The translations under genes and the position numbers were made by a program. Under the pieces are notes generated by a model. The model saw only the letters and a program-made list of their open reading frames with translations. It did not search any database and was not told the DNA's origin. This document shows positions 21,360 to 35,324 of a DNA stretch of 64,000 nt, piece by piece (the first letter of the stretch is position 1; every line of letters starts with the position of its first letter). Origin of the DNA: Microbotryum violaceum (taxonomy: Eukaryota); the NCBI GenBank assembly GCA_001244265.2, contig CDLV01000010.1, positions 1,302,001-1,366,000 on the forward strand. The letters run 5' to 3'.

Positions 21360-22287
21360 TTATGCCGAGACAGCTCCTGGCCACTCGCTCTTGCCTTCCA
21401 TGCCCGTCTCCATATCCCCGACCTTGATACTCATTCCCGACTTCTCATCCTCCCCGATCAACCAAGCCAACCTCTGCTTCGGCGTCATCCTGTTCACCAC
21501 CACCTTGTTCGCTGCGCCGTGTTCTCCGAAGCCGGCCAGAGCGATCGCACGAGCAGGGACGATGGTCCTTCGACCACATTTCAGGACGACTTTGGAAAGA
21601 GACGTGGCGTGCAGGATGAGTGGACCACCTTTCTGGGATTTTGTTGTGAACGATGTGATGTAGTACATCTGGAAGAATAAGTTGCGGTAAGGTCAGTGAT
21701 GGCGGCCTTGATCGACAGCAAAGGTCGGAGGAAAAACTTGCCCACTTCTTATCATACGCGACCAGCTCTTGTGTGACGTCGAAGGTGGCCCCAATATCAA
21801 TCTGTTTCGTGAACTTGAACGCCGTACTCCCAAGTGCGAAGTAAACATTCTTCAACGACAGTGGCACCGGCAAAAGCGAATAGATGTGAGGTCCTCGCAC
21901 GTGATCGGCGGCCCAGGCGTAGGATGAATTGGACAGGTGGAAGCCGAACGCATCGGCCAGTCCTGGACCGGAGAAAAGCGTTCGGGTGAACTTGAAGGTG
22001 CGAGGATCAGGATCCGAGGTTGTTGGAGTGGAGAGACCTAGACGAGCTCGGGCCATCCAGTTCAACCAGGGGACGAGGACGGTCACGTGCCATCGGCCGG
22101 GAAAAGTCTATACTTTGGGGCAGCGAAAGGTCAGTGGTGTGACAGGTACCATGCTAGTATCCCGATGGCTTACCTGGAAGTTGATGGCTAGCCATGCTAC
22201 CAACGCGACCTTGAGCGAGGTTGGGATCGTCGAAGGCAGGAGACGAAGCACTTGGGCTTGATAATACTGAATGGTAGCCAACGACAT
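21360..22287 (-). CDS. HotDog-fold thioesterase-like protein
   Basis: DAFGFHLSNSSYAWAADHVRG, FKFTKQIDIGATFDV, AYDKKW, SKVVLKCGRRTIVP; three exons. Confidence 0.7.
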
Positions 22288-22901
22288 AATGTTGAGCAAT
22301 CAAGAGATAACTACTGGGAGGGTAATCCGGAGTGTCTGGTAAGAAGGAGACGAAGCTCGGCCCCTTCGACGCCAGAACGGAAGCTGCCGACCATCCGTGC
22401 CTCGGATCGTCGCTCGGTCGGCATGCACATACCCGAGCCGAAGGAGCGGCGGAGGAACGCCCAACGGTCGTACGAACCTACGCTTCACTCCTGATGAGTC
22501 ACTTGTACCGGGATGTGCGGGTTCAGGCATTGAAACTGTTGCAAAACTTCGATGATCGAGCCCAGGCAAGTCTAAGGTACACATAGATCACGTGACTTGG
22601 AAGTCAAGCGCTGATCGTCAAGGTGTCTGTCGTTGACCTGACATTTCAGGCCGCCGTCACGGCGTAGGCACTGTATTGGAAATCAACATTCAAATGAACT
22701 GAGTTACCACCGCATCATTCCGAACGTTGCGAGATGTGGACCTGACCCCACGTGGGACACAAGAAGAATAGAGTACTGTAAAGCTCGCAGCCCGGAAAGG
22801 GCTCGAGGCTGAGAAGCAGACAAGGTTGAGAGTGACGGCGCCCTACGAGTCATCTCGCAGTGAAGAAAAAACGCTAGGTCTGACCGAAACGGCGAGTCCG
22901 A

Positions 22902-24272
22902 TCAGACGTCATCGCCGACGTCGTTCTCGCTGTTGGTCGGTTTGAACTTAAGATGTTTGACGAAAAAGTCGAGTGCTGCTTGCGGACATTTCCGTCGCCA
23001 TATCGCCTCGGGTAAATACGAGTGTGTACCATCAATTTTCCATACCGCCATCATCCGGTGACCATCCTTCTTGTCCCCAGCGACAATCGTCTCGATGTGA
23101 TCGACGATATCCTGCCACGGATGAACAGTGAGCAAATCAGACTCACAAGCTCGGATGAGGCAGGCCGCCGCCGACGGAAGGTAGGCAACTCACATCGAAT
23201 GTTGCACGATCGGCATACTTTGTGAGGTGATAGTCTGTTTCCTCCCCCTCGGCCTCGTACCCATCGACAGTATCATCTCCATTCGAGCCGGCATCCTGCT
23301 CACCCGCCACGGAAGTCTTCTTGTCATCGGTCTTTTCCGGAGATTTCGTCCCGTTCCTTATTTTATCATCTTTCTTATCCTTGATGTTCTCCTTTGGCTT
23401 CTTCCCCTCTTCTTCCTCCGCCTTGGGCTCGACCGGAATGACAGGCTTCTTGCGAGTTGAGGCCGAGTTCGGCGCTCGGTTTCCATCCGCCGTCGGAGTG
23501 GTGGCCCTTGCTTTCTTGGGTGGGTGACGGCGATCCTCGTCCTCGTCCGTCTCTGAATCTGAATTGTGGGCTTGGGCCTTGCCCTTGCCCCTTGCGGACT
23601 GCTCGCTCGATCGACGCTTCTTGGCTAAGGCGGCCGAGGGGGAGGGTGCCAGTTTGGACAGTTTTTGGTCCCCTCGACGGTCCGCCGAAACGGTCCGCCA
23701 GTAGGCCTTGACTTTGGCAGACGCAGTTTCACTAGAGTATTATGGGGTATTATTGTGAGCTTACGTGTATGAAGATTAGAATACTCCGAATACAGGAGAA
23801 GATGGGACTGACTTGACATTCGACTCGGGCTCCCATGTGTCTTCGCTGGGATCCTCGTAGCCCTTCCAACGGATCAAATACTGAAGTCCCACCTTTGCAC
23901 GATCAAACAAGGTTCGTGTGGATGAGCAACCTGGGCTATGCGCGGGGAACGCTCGCACATTTTGGTGTCGGACGATGTCCGCGACGCGTCGTCGTAGAAG
24001 AGGCACCACCCCCAACGCCGAAACGACGCCACATGCCCATGGAGCCCACTCACCTTGGGCGCATGCTTGTGATCCAATATCTTGGACACCTCAACTGTGA
24101 TGAAGGTGGTAGGGTGCACGGTCAGCCTCACTCGCTTGTAGGGCATCTCGCGCGGCCTGGGGAGCGACGCGTCGCGTGATGCGTTTGGCAACAGTGTCGT
24201 TCACGTACAAATTTCCTCTTCTTCTTCTTCCTCCTCATCAGACTCGGGGATAGCTACCGCTCGCTTGGCCAT
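22902..24272 (-). CDS. HP1/Swi6-like chromodomain plus chromo-shadow protein
   Basis: EVSKILDH...YLIRWKGYEDPSEDTWEPESN chromodomain; C-terminal W...IETI...RRKCPQAALDFFVKHLKFK chromo-shadow. Confidence 0.85.
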
Positions 24273-24816
24273 GGTAGGAAAGGATCGCGTGTACGAGGGG
24301 CGTTGGTGTTGAGGCTTGGCAGACCGTGGCGAAGCGATGCGCTTGAACACAGCAGGCGCGGCGCGCTTCACGGAAGCAGACGGAAGCGCACGGAATTGCA
24401 CGAGTGCGTTGACTTTTGGTGGGTATTGCATCGTCGGTGAAGTGATCACTCATCATCTTTTCAAAACGCATTACGGCTTCGCGTCCATACCGCCACCAGC
24501 TAAGTGGTGTGCTGGTAGCAGGCTGACCACAAAATGCAATAGACTTTTTTTTCGAGCTCAGACCTATGTCGAGAGCATATGGGGCCCCCCCGCCCCCTGT
24601 TGGCTATTGTAATCATCTGCTCGGCAACGCTCCGCTGCCAAATTGAGCGCCGGTTATTGGCTGCGATCGTGCGCCAAAATCTCCGAGCGTAGCCCGTTTG
24701 GCGCCCGTTCGGCTCAATCTACGTCCCGGACCCGGGGACCGCGACTGACCCCTTCGAGGCGATTTCGACTTTTGTCCTCTCGCCGCACCCATTCAGAGCA
24801 CAAGAAGCCACTGAAC

Positions 24817-26771
24817 ATGTCAAAATCTTTCACATCCGATGAAGTTGCCAAGGTCAGTGTCAGAATGAGATGTACCCCCTCTATACCCCGACAACAAGAC
24901 GCATCCCTCCCCCGCAATTGGGGTTCTGTGCATAGGGGACCTTCATAAATGCCAGCTGACCTCGATGATCGTGGAATCTTTGATGCAGCACAACACCGAA
25001 GAAGACCTCTGGACCGTCATCAATGGAGATGTTTACGAGTGAGTATCCCACACCCTGCCGTCCTTCTGCTTGTGATAACCTCGCCGGGTTCCCCCCCACT
25101 GATCTCCCCTCACTGCCCCACATCACATCCCGTGCCAACCAGCTTGACCAAGTTCATCGACATACACCCGGGCGGCACCAACGTCTTGCTCGCGACAGGC
25201 ATCGCAGGAGGTGATTCATCCGAAGCCTTCTTCTCCATGCACCGCTCCGAAGTCTTGACCAAATACCAACGCCTCAAAATCGGCCGTGTATCGGACCCGA
25301 AAAGTCGACCGTATTTGCTTCCCATCGCAGGAGAGCTTTCGCCTGTCCCCATGGCTGAACCGGGATGGTTGGTCAAGGAGTTCAGGACACCTTATTACGA
25401 TGATAGTCATCGGAGGTTGCAGAGGGAGATGAGGAAGTTCTTTGATACCGAGGTCAAGCCTGAGGCGAGGGTCAACGAAGGTGCTGCTGAGAAGCCCTCT
25501 CAGCGCGTCATGGAGCTGATGGGTTCGCCCGAGTGGGAAATTAGTGAGTGTCCTTCCGAGCGGTTTTTGGATACCGAAGAATCTCCGTACGGATGTATAG
25601 CTTTTCCGGTACCTTAGACGCGATGCGAATGGGACCCGGACCTCATCTCCAAGGCCGAAAATTACCGGGAGGCATCAAGCCCGAGGAGTTCACCTACTTC
25701 CACGAGCTCGTCGTCATCCAGGAGCTCGTTCGCGTCGGCGCACCCGGGTACATGGCCGGTCTCAACGCTGGAATGGTCATCGGCCTCCCTCCCGTGCTCA
25801 ACTTTGGTTCCGAAAAGATGCGCAAAGAGGTTCTGCCCGACATCCTGCGAGGTAAAACCATTATTTCGCTTGCTATTTCGGAGGCCGCAGCAGGCTCGGA
25901 CGTACAAGGGATGACGACCAAGGGCACTAAGACGGCCGATGGAAAGTACTGGGAGGTCACGGGTAACAAGAAGTGGATCACGTGCGGTCACTATTCCGAC
26001 TACTTCATGACGGGTGTGCGCACCGGTCCCGGGCAATTGTCCATGATGCTCATTCCTCGCAAGTGCGAGACCCGTGGCGACGGCGTCGACACCCGCATCA
26101 TCAAGACGTCGTACTCTTCGTCGGCAGGAACGGCCTGGGTCACTTTCGACAAGGTTTTGGTCCCCGTTGAGAACGTACTCGGTGGCGAAGGCAATGGTCT
26201 CAAGGTCATCTTGTCCAACTTTAACCACGAACGATGGGTCATCTGTTGCCGCATCGCTCGCTACTCTCGGGTCATCTACGAAGAGACCTTTAAGTGGGCC
26301 CATTTGCGCAAAGTGTTTGGCAAGCCTTTGATCGAACAACCCGTCGTCCGAGCCAAGTTCGCCCTCATGTTGGCCAAGATCGAAGCGGGTCAAACTTGGC
26401 TCGAGAACTTGACCTTCCAGATGTGCAACATGAAGTACGAGCAACAGTCCAAGATGTTGGCGGGACCGATGGCACTTCTCAAGTACTTCTTGTCGAGATC
26501 ACAGGGTGAGGTCGTTGATGAGGCGGTGCAGACATGGGGTGGTCGTGGTATTACCGCGTCAGGGATGGGCGTGTACATCGAGCAGGCGCAACGAACGTAT
26601 AAGTTTGACTCGATCCTCGGTGGTTCCGAAGAGGTTTTGGCTCAACTCGGTGGTGCGTGTGCTTTTTGTGTGGACTTCGGTGATGACTTACTCGCTGATG
26701 CTAACCACTTTCCCCCGATCATGTTCGCAGTCCGTCAGGCGTCCAAGCAAATGCCTCGCGCCGTCCTCTAA
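24817..26771 (+). CDS. Cytochrome b5 / acyl-CoA dehydrogenase fusion
   Basis: HNTEEDLWTVING, FIDIHPGG (heme motif), LAISEAAAGSDV, GNKKWITCG, NFNHERW, QTWGGRG, ILGGSEEVL. Confidence 0.92.
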
Positions 26772-26992
26772 TTTAAGAAGTTTCAAAGTTGTATACCGCA
26801 ATCACACTGTTGCAATCCATGGAAACTGCTATACATCGAAAAAAAAAAGCTAAAAAAGATCACGCATCCTGCTGATTGTGTTTTTATGGATGCGGTTATT
26901 TGCCTCCAGAAACCGAACTGGATCCCCACTTTGTACTACAGGCGCTCGCAATATAGGCGCAAATCGACACGATGTCCAATGTGATGAATCCC

Positions 26993-28307
26993 CTACACCA
27001 ATTTTTCTAACGAATTCGGGGTGTCACACACGGTGGTCTCGATTGTCCCCCTTGATAGGGCTTCATCCTCTTTCCGTTTCCGCTCCTCTTGCCTTCGATG
27101 ATACCGCGGGTTCAACACCGGCACCAATGCCAGTATCCCAATCTCCAACACCACGACAGCGGCATAGGACAAAGCTGCCAGAGTGTCGAAAGAACCTTTT
27201 GCGAAGACGAGGGAAAGCGTCGACATGACTCCACCGACGAGATCGATGGTGATGAAAATGAGCGAGATGCCGATCACGGCGCGATATTGGTAGATCTCGT
27301 AGTATTGGGGTAAGAGACCGAGGACGATGAAGATGGCTGAGATGGTCCCGATCGCGGTTGTGAGGCGCCTATTGCCGCGGCTTTCGAGATGCTGTGTGTG
27401 GTCAGGTCAATCGAAAGGAGAAGCGACAAGGTTCAGCGCTTCGTCGGCCGTGGCATGCAGAGACAGGGGCGCGCGGGCGGGAATGAGACTCACCCTAGCC
27501 GCAAAGATGAGACCAGCCTCAAGTCCACCAGCGAGGGAGCAGCAGACGACGCAAACAGTTGTCGCGAACGTGGCGGTCCTGTTCTGGTCGTAGTAGAGGC
27601 ATTGTGCGTAGGCGACGGCGGCGAAGAAACAGAAAAGCTGCGGTCTGATGCATCAGGAGCGAAGGGTAGGATCATGTCAGCGACGGCTCGCGGCGACAGT
27701 AGATCGTGCAGTCACTTGATGTGCGATACGGCAGTCCGGATGCAATGTGAAAGGCTTAGCACGAGTGTTGTGGGAGGTACAACTCACTGTATGAGTAGCG
27801 GGATCGAAAGGTTTTCAATGAGCACGTAGGCACCTGAAGGAGGTGGAGATGGCGATCGACGGCGACATGTCAGCTCAACTCAAATCGTGTTGGTCCAAAA
27901 AGTGTTGTAGATGACCTACCAAGCCAGATGCCTGCAAAAAACCAGATCCCGAGCATCGCGCTTGACAACCCGGCTGTATTCTTCCGCCTGTACGACTTCC
28001 ACTGAGGACAAAAACAAGCTGACAAGTTAGTACCAGAATTCTCATCCGTGAAGAATGTGGAAAGCACATGTCCAACGACGACCACATGCACCCGTGGCGA
28101 GCTCCAAAGTAGCTCGGTGACCGATGACTGCGTGCCTCGCGTTCCGTCGGCTCTAGTCTAGTCGAGGCCGCTGCGAAAGTGCGGTGGGCGCTTGACAGCG
28201 CTCGGCAATGGAACGATGAAACTCACCAGCTGGGGGATCAATTGAATGCTCCATAGGATCGCCCCGATCGTACCAAACAGGTTCTCCAACACGGCGTTCG
28301 CGTACAT
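26993..28307 (-). CDS. PQ-loop vacuolar amino-acid transporter-like protein, paralog 1
   Basis: ENLFGTIGAILWSIQLIPQ, SYRRKNTAGLSS, LSIPLLIQ, GLLPQYYEIY, GISLIFITIDLVGGVMS. Confidence 0.85.
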
Positions 28308-29319
28308 CCCCGTCTCTTCGTAATTGGGATCGTTGGTGGTGTTGTAGTGAGTTGAGACGAGGGGGAGGAAAGCCGAGGTTCGGTTCAGCTCGCTGCATCC
28401 AGCACGCCGCCAGCTGCCGCCAGCCGCCGCGCTACTAAACGCCGTAAGCGCGCCAGTCGAGCCAAACGATACGAGACGCGCCGCTGGCACGGGCCACCCG
28501 TCAGCTTGAGCTGATGACCCAAATTTGTGGTGTCTTGGAGCGCCTAAGAGTCATCATCATCATTGGCTTCAAGAATTTCACTTCTGGTCGAGAAGCCGTG
28601 AAACTTCCCATCGAATCGACCAACATAAAGCCGCCTCAACGCGTAGAGAAATTTCCGGAAATTAAAGCCTGAAATGCTTGTAAGCGCCGAAGCCCATCTG
28701 TCGGCTTGCCTTTTGAGCACCCCTTGCGCATTGTCACTCGAACATACTGGAGAGGTCCACGGAACTAGTTGCACCGAATATGATATACACGTACCTAGAG
28801 GGAGTGACTCCCGTACGCGCACGATTGTAGGCCTACGACTCGTCAATTGTCGAAATTTCGGACAGAGGCTTTGCGCAGTCGGCCTCGACCGGGAGCAGAG
28901 CTTGTGGCTATCGCGGGGCGACCGGACCGCGGGTCAGGAAACAGTTCGAGGATGAGCGAGAGCCAGATCACTTTGGACGTCCAACCGGGGTCGTGCGAAG
29001 CGAACGTCCGCCAGCAAAGCAAGCAAGTCACAGGAAGGAACATCACCACTGCAACAGGAGAACTATATGCCAGGACATCAGCATAGACGGTCCCTGACGC
29101 CGAGTGACGCTCCGGATCCTGCGGATGCTATTCGGATCCATCGATCTATTTGTCAAGCTGACAACATGTAACAGTTTTACGATCGCGGTGTGCTAGTAAT
29201 GTACAACAATGGCCGTGCATGGTCTATGGTCCGTCCTTCTAAAGTCGGTGAATCCCTTGTGAATGCGATCGATGAAAGAGCGACCGTCTCCTTGCGCTTC
29301 GATCGCGCACCATCTCAAC

Positions 29320-30328
29320 TCATCTTCCTTCATTTACAGCCCGAGTCCCTGCATTTGAATCCCCGGCTTCTATAGGTGGTTCTTCTAGACCGCGAGCTGT
29401 CGACGATGTTTCGGACTTGAACTCGGTTTCCCCCTTCAGACCCATCTTTCGCTGATGCCGGGGGTTCAAGATCGCAGCAAGGATGAATATGCCGATTTCC
29501 AATACGACGACGGCGATGTACTGTAGGAATATGGAGGGATCTCGTCTCAATACTCTGTATCCTGGCCGGGTATTCCCGAAGTCGAGTGTCAGAGAGATCA
29601 AACTCACCGAAGCCGAAGCAAGCGCATCGAACGAGCCTTCGCTGAAAGCCAAAGCGAGGGTCGAGAAGACACCACCGGTGATGTCGACGCAGAGGAAAAG
29701 GTATGATATACCCGTGACATAGCTCATTCGGAAGATGAGAATGTACTGGGGCAAGAGGCCGAGGACGATGAATGCTGCGCTCAGAACGCCCCATGCTGTC
29801 GTGGGTCGGTCGTTGTGAGCGATCTAGGGGAGGCGAAAGGTGCGATGTGAGCTGGTATGGTAAGTCCTAGGTCTCCGAGTCGTGACCTACCCTCGGGAGA
29901 AAGTAGAATAGCACTTCCAACGCTCCGCCGAGCACCGAGAAAGCGGTGACGAGCACGATGGAGCGCCATTTGGACACGTTTTTGTCGTAGTAGAGGGTCT
30001 GACCCCATGCGATGGCGGTGAAAAAGGAGAATAGTTGGGGTCTATAGACAGAAATAAGGCTTGTCAACGGGTGATGTAGTCGGACGTTAGACTGCTGCGA
30101 AAACCCTTACTGGACAAGAAGGGGTATCGCGAGGTTTTTAATGAGCGCGTAGGCCCCGAGGAAGATCCCTGATGCGAACCAGATCATCAACAACAGAGTC
30201 GAAGATAGTCCTTCGGTCTTGCCATCGTGGTACGATTTCCAGATCTGGGGTACGAGCTGCAGCGACCAAAAGATGGCGCCTATCGTGCCGAGGACGTTCT
30301 CGGCGATCGAATTGTGAATCTTGGTCAT
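29320..30328 (-). CDS. PQ-loop protein, paralog 2
   Basis: ENVLGTIGAIFWSLQLVPQIWKSY, LAIPLLVQ-PQ, LLPQY, GISYLFLCVDITGGVFS, YIAVVVLEIGI. Confidence 0.85.
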
Positions 30329-31027
30329 GGCTACGGGTGCGGGGCGTGGCGAATTGTCCGTTTGTTGGACGACGATTGATATTAGGAGTGCGTTCGAATG
30401 ATTGAGCTCCTGGACTGGCCCACTAGATGGTGGTCAGACGTTCGCCGAGCTGTTGGCGATCTCTATCGAACCGGTCGGGTGTTGCTGGTCACGATGAAGT
30501 AAGAAGCTGCCAAAGTACAGAGTGTTGATGGAAGGAACGTAGGGTTACGAAGGAAAGGGATTCAATCTTGTGTGAGGGGATAGGCGTCCATCATTACTGA
30601 GTCAACGATGTGGCAACAGGCTAGATTAGAAGTCGGCTCACTATCGCATCGCCAAGCGCTCGAACCGCCGAGCCAAGCGCGACCATCCGGCGCTGACTGA
30701 GTCCAGCGCTCATTTCCATTGGCCACTGCAATCCGTACAAAGACCCTTCTTCGTCCTCGTCAAAATCTGCTCGTATATTTTCCACTTGATTTTCCACTGC
30801 TGTCGATCGGGGCTAGGCGAGAGCTGTGAATAGTCGGCGTCGGACTTGCAGTGGAAGGTTGCTCGTGCGCCCACTGCAGCTACGTCATCGATCGCAGAGG
30901 ATCGCAGTCGCAGTCGCATGTCGCCTGCTCTCGCCAATACGTCTCGGCCGCCTCTCGGGGTCCCATCACTGCACTGCGACACGCCTCGACCCAGCTCAAG
31001 GGGTGTAATGACCCCCAAGCACGCATT

Positions 31028-33875
31028 ATGAGCACATACTACGCTGCGTACACTCCTCGCCCAAAGTCGTCGGCTGCTGCTGCTGCTGCTGCCTCGTCAT
31101 CCGGCACCTCTGGCACGAGACCATCATCATTGACCACGTCAGCCGAGGCCCCCCCACTGCTTCAACCGCCGGCCGCAGCTTACATCGCGCCGCTCACACC
31201 TCCGACAACGCGTCCGCGCACCCCAGCTGCTACACAGGGAGATTCAGCCATGCCTGGACCGACGTCGTACACGGGTTCTTTCTTGCGTGCACGAGCACTG
31301 GCCAAGGTACACAAGTTCACCAACGACGTCTCGCCGCACCTCGAATCGGCCAAGCAGTCCGCAGCCGGCAAGCTCGCACAACTGAGGGACCTGCAACATG
31401 ATCGCGATGCGTGGGGCGATGATCCGAGGATGGCCAAGCAGGTCAAGCAGAGGCAACGTGATTATGCTGATCCGACGAGGAGGGATAGCTCCAGTTCGAC
31501 CGTGTCCGCTTCTCCGACCTCGACGAGGGAACGGTCGGGGTGGATCGCGGGCGTATCGAGCTACTTTGGGGGCGGGGGGAACGGCGGTCCTTCCTCGAGT
31601 CGACAGGCGAGCACATCGGCATATACGGATGAGAAGGTTGTCTGCTTTCCAGGCGTGAGTGGCTCTCTCAGCTGTTGGCTTCACTTGTCAAATAATCTCG
31701 AACCCGCTGACATGCTCGTTCCGTCATGAACAGTGGGCGACATTGCGGCCTTCGGCACACTCAGCATCAGAACCCGCTCTCGTGCTCGAGATCGTGGCAC
31801 ATGGATATGCGTACCGACTACGACCGGTCTCGCAAGCCTCGCGCTCGCAGCGAATCTTTGGCTCCCTCGCTCGGTCGTTCGCAGCCTTGCCCCGTCTATC
31901 GACCCAGCTTCCACCGAATGGCCAAATCGACTCGACACAACCGATGGATATCCTACCACCACCGGAAGCTATCAAAGACGAGGCCTTGCTGGATGGCAAC
32001 ATTTTTGAGCGCTTGCTCGACATTGGTGGACGGGAAGGCACCTCGGAGGAAGAAGCGGAGCTTGCTCGAGCGACTGAAATTGCGGTTGAGCCGGAGACTA
32101 TGACATCAGAGGAGCAGGCCAAAAGTCCGCTCAAGCCAGGTGCTACTACGGAACAAGACTCGCCACACCGTGTTGCCTTCACCCCTGCACAGATGCATGC
32201 CCGTGCGACCGAGGATACCCATGGTCACCCCCAGGTCCATGTCACTCCAGCGTCATTTACGAGTTCGGCTCAGCACACCATGACTCCACCATCGAGAACG
32301 CATGCCGATCGAGCGTGCACAATACCGTCGACTTTTTCTTCCTTGAAAGCCTCTCGGGCCTCATCCATCTCATCGCAAGCCACGACCCTCTCGAGTCGAA
32401 CTGCTCCAACCCGGCCCGCTTCACCTTACCGCGACGCCGTCTATCGGGAAGAATGGCCCAAGCCGTTCGAGTTCACCGACAGCGATCTCCCTAGGCTACA
32501 CTCGAACCTGCAAGATCGTCTCTTACCCTTCTTCGGTCAGAAATTGCCGAATCGCAAGGTAAGGCTCTCGGTCGTACCCGTTTTCGATGACGCCGACCCG
32601 ACGTGGGACCGCCCTCTGGCGACCAAAGTCGTATCGACTCTTGGGGGTGGGGCTTTTAGAACGGTTCTCGAGATGCGTTCCAAGGAGCTACGCCGCTTGC
32701 TGGAAGCCACGGGCAAAGGCGTAGAATCGCTTGAAACGTTGAGGGTCCGAATCGTCGCTGAGCTGCTCGAATATGATCCGATCGTCGATGCGATGAGTGG
32801 AGGTGCTTTTACGGGCGATCAAGGGATGAAGGTCGTCGCCGAGGACTTTACAGAGTTGGCCGTGGCGCATGACGGGGGTGTTCGTGTCATCTCGGATGTC
32901 GACGATACGTGCAAACATAGTCAAGTCGTCGAAGGCACCAAGACCCTGTTCAGGAACGTCTTTGTACGAGAACTCTACGAGGTCCAAGTTCCCGGGATGT
33001 CATCGTGGTTCCGCAAGATGGAAGCGCAACAATGCGCTTTCCACTACGTCTCCAACTCGCCTTGGGAGTTGTGGCCCGTCATTCGGACGTTTTTGGACTT
33101 GGCCAAGTTCCCCAAGGGAAGCGTGACGCTCAAAGAGTATGGTGGGGCGGGATCGGCGTTGGCCAAGTTGTGGGAGGAGCCAGGGATGAGGAAGAGGGCC
33201 AATGTTGAGAATATCATCAAGGAATTTCATCATTCGCAGTGAGTTCACTTGGGATTCAATTATGTTGAGGCAGAGGCAGGAATCGTGCTGAAACGTCTGT
33301 CGGTCTCTAGATTCATCTTGATCGGTGACTCGGGAGAACAGGACCTCGAGCTCTATACCCAACTCGCGAGCGAATACCCGGACCACATCCTTGCCATCTA
33401 CATCCGAGACGTGACCACACCCTTTTCGCCCAACGCCCATTTCGACCTCACTCATTTGTCCTCCCAACATCCGCCGCACAACAAGTCGGACTTAATGGAC
33501 AACGGACAGGCGAACCCTACCCAAAAATCGGTCCGGCCTCCAATTCCTCCCCGTCCCACGGCCGACTCGAAACGATCCTCTTTCCTCCGTCGAGGAACGA
33601 ATTCAAGACCCTCTTCACCCCCTCTCATCGACGCGGACTCGGATCCTCTCTCACCCAACAACCCCCTTCGGGCCACACCCATGACCCCCACCGTAGCGGA
33701 AGAAGCACAAATGCGTATCGATACGTTCTATGCGCGTATCGCCGAGGCGGAGAGAAAATTGTCGAGGGGGATTTTGCTCAAGATTTTTAGGCATGGGAAG
33801 GAGGTGGAGAAGGAGGCGTTGGAAGTGATCAAGTTTGGGCAGACGGGAGGTGTGCCGAGTGATAGAGTGCGTTGA
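31028..33875 (+). CDS. App1-like phosphatidate phosphatase (HAD-like catalytic domain)
   Basis: GVRVISDVDDTCK (DxDxT), FHYVSNSPWELWP, FPKGSVTLKEY, FILIGDSGEQDLELY, IYIRDV. Confidence 0.88.
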
Positions 33876-34095
33876 GGGGGGTGGGGCGCCGGTCGGTTGA
33901 CTCGGGGTTTTCATATACTAGACCTTGGTTTCGGGTGATGGAATGTATTCGTTGTGTTGTATGTCAGCCAGGCACGTGCTCTCGGACAGAAGCCAGACTG
34001 TTCGGTCCATGCGTTTGGGATGTGGGGGTATTTGCGAATAGAAGTGGCATGTACAGGAAAGGGAAGGAACGCCCTTGAAGGAACTGTTAGAACTA

Positions 34096-34915
34096 CTAGG
34101 CTGTCACGGGTGTTGCTGCTGTTTTCGTCGTCGTCGATGCGTCTCTATCTTGTTGTGCCAAGAGTTGCTTGTTGACCTCGTCGACGGCCGTACGCACCTC
34201 CTGTTCCCGGACATCAGCGTGGACACGTCAGCGCTCAACTCGGTATGTGCAAAGTCGAGCCAGTGGACGCAGGCTCGATGCGGTGGAGGACATCCACGAA
34301 GAGAGTGGTACGACGTCCAATGTAACTCACCTCGGCTGTCGGATCGAACTGCAATCCCAACAAGAAGGCCTCCCTCGCCTCGTGCAACCTGCCCATCGCG
34401 GCCAACGCCTTCCCTTTCCTGAAATGACCCTTCATCCACGGCCTCTTGATCTGAATCACCGCATTCGCATCGACCAAAGCGTTGACATATTGCCCTGCAC
34501 CCATGTACGCGGCGGACCTATTGCTCAAAGTGAGAGCCAATTCATCCCTTGCGTAAACGCCGGCTTCGAAAACGGGTCGACTGGCGGCGATGTCCGCTGA
34601 CAAGGTGTAGAACTTGATCGCCTCCGTCCAGTTCTTGACGCGGAAGTATTTGTTGCCTTCTTCCTTGGCCTGGGCGACTTGGCTCGAACGTTCGTTCGGT
34701 TGTGGCACGGGCGGAGGGGGGAAGATCGCTTTCGGGTTCGAGAGCAAGACGCGCGCGAGTTGGTTCAGAGAGGTGAGGTCCGAGGGGGTGAAGTTGGGCG
34801 GCGGGGTGCCGTCAAAAGTGATCGGCGTCGGGGTTTGGACGGTTGGGTTCACTTTGAGAGGGACGAAACTGATCAACGAGTCGTCCACGCCGACGCTTTG
34901 GGGAGCGGCGTTCAT
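34096..34915 (-). CDS. TPR protein, Sec72-like
   Basis: AKEEGNKYFR, AASRPVFEA, LSNRSAAY, ALVDANAVIQIKRPWMKGHFRKGKAL; one intron near the 3' end. Confidence 0.75.
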
Positions 34916-35324
34916 CGTGGGCGGCGATGGAGGTGGTGGTGGTGGCTGGACCGGCGGTGTGTTTTGCGAGGCGGGCTCTCGGGCGCAATGAATTGCGTAT
35001 TAGATCGTACAACGTTGCCGGGAACGAAAGCGCGTCGAGCCGAGGGGGAGAGGGGTGGTGGTGAATGATGGGAATGAGAACGAGAGAGGGGCCGAGAGAC
35101 CGAAGCAAGCGGACGTGGCGCTCGTCTGCTCTCAAGATCTCAGGCGCGAGCGCGGCCCCAGCTCAATGGTCGATTGTCGAATTGGAGATGTAGACGCGAT
35201 TTGGGGTAAACAGTCGGTCTTGTCAGTCACGTTATCGGTGTGTTGGTTCGAAATTATTGCATTTTTATGATAGCTACAATGCACAAGCAAATTGGGGGGT
35301 CGTCGTCGCAAAAGCAGATGATGT

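Noticed and set aside
22770-22812. Third copy of the short repeat, or an ncRNA (GTACTGTAAAG plus hairpin AGCCC-GGAAA-GGGCT)
   Set aside because: Only an 11-nt match and one small hairpin; not enough support.
25662-26444. Long antisense ORFs (also 12934-13707, 16777-17331, 52870-53454)
   Set aside because: Shadow frames of GC-rich, codon-biased genes on the opposite strand.
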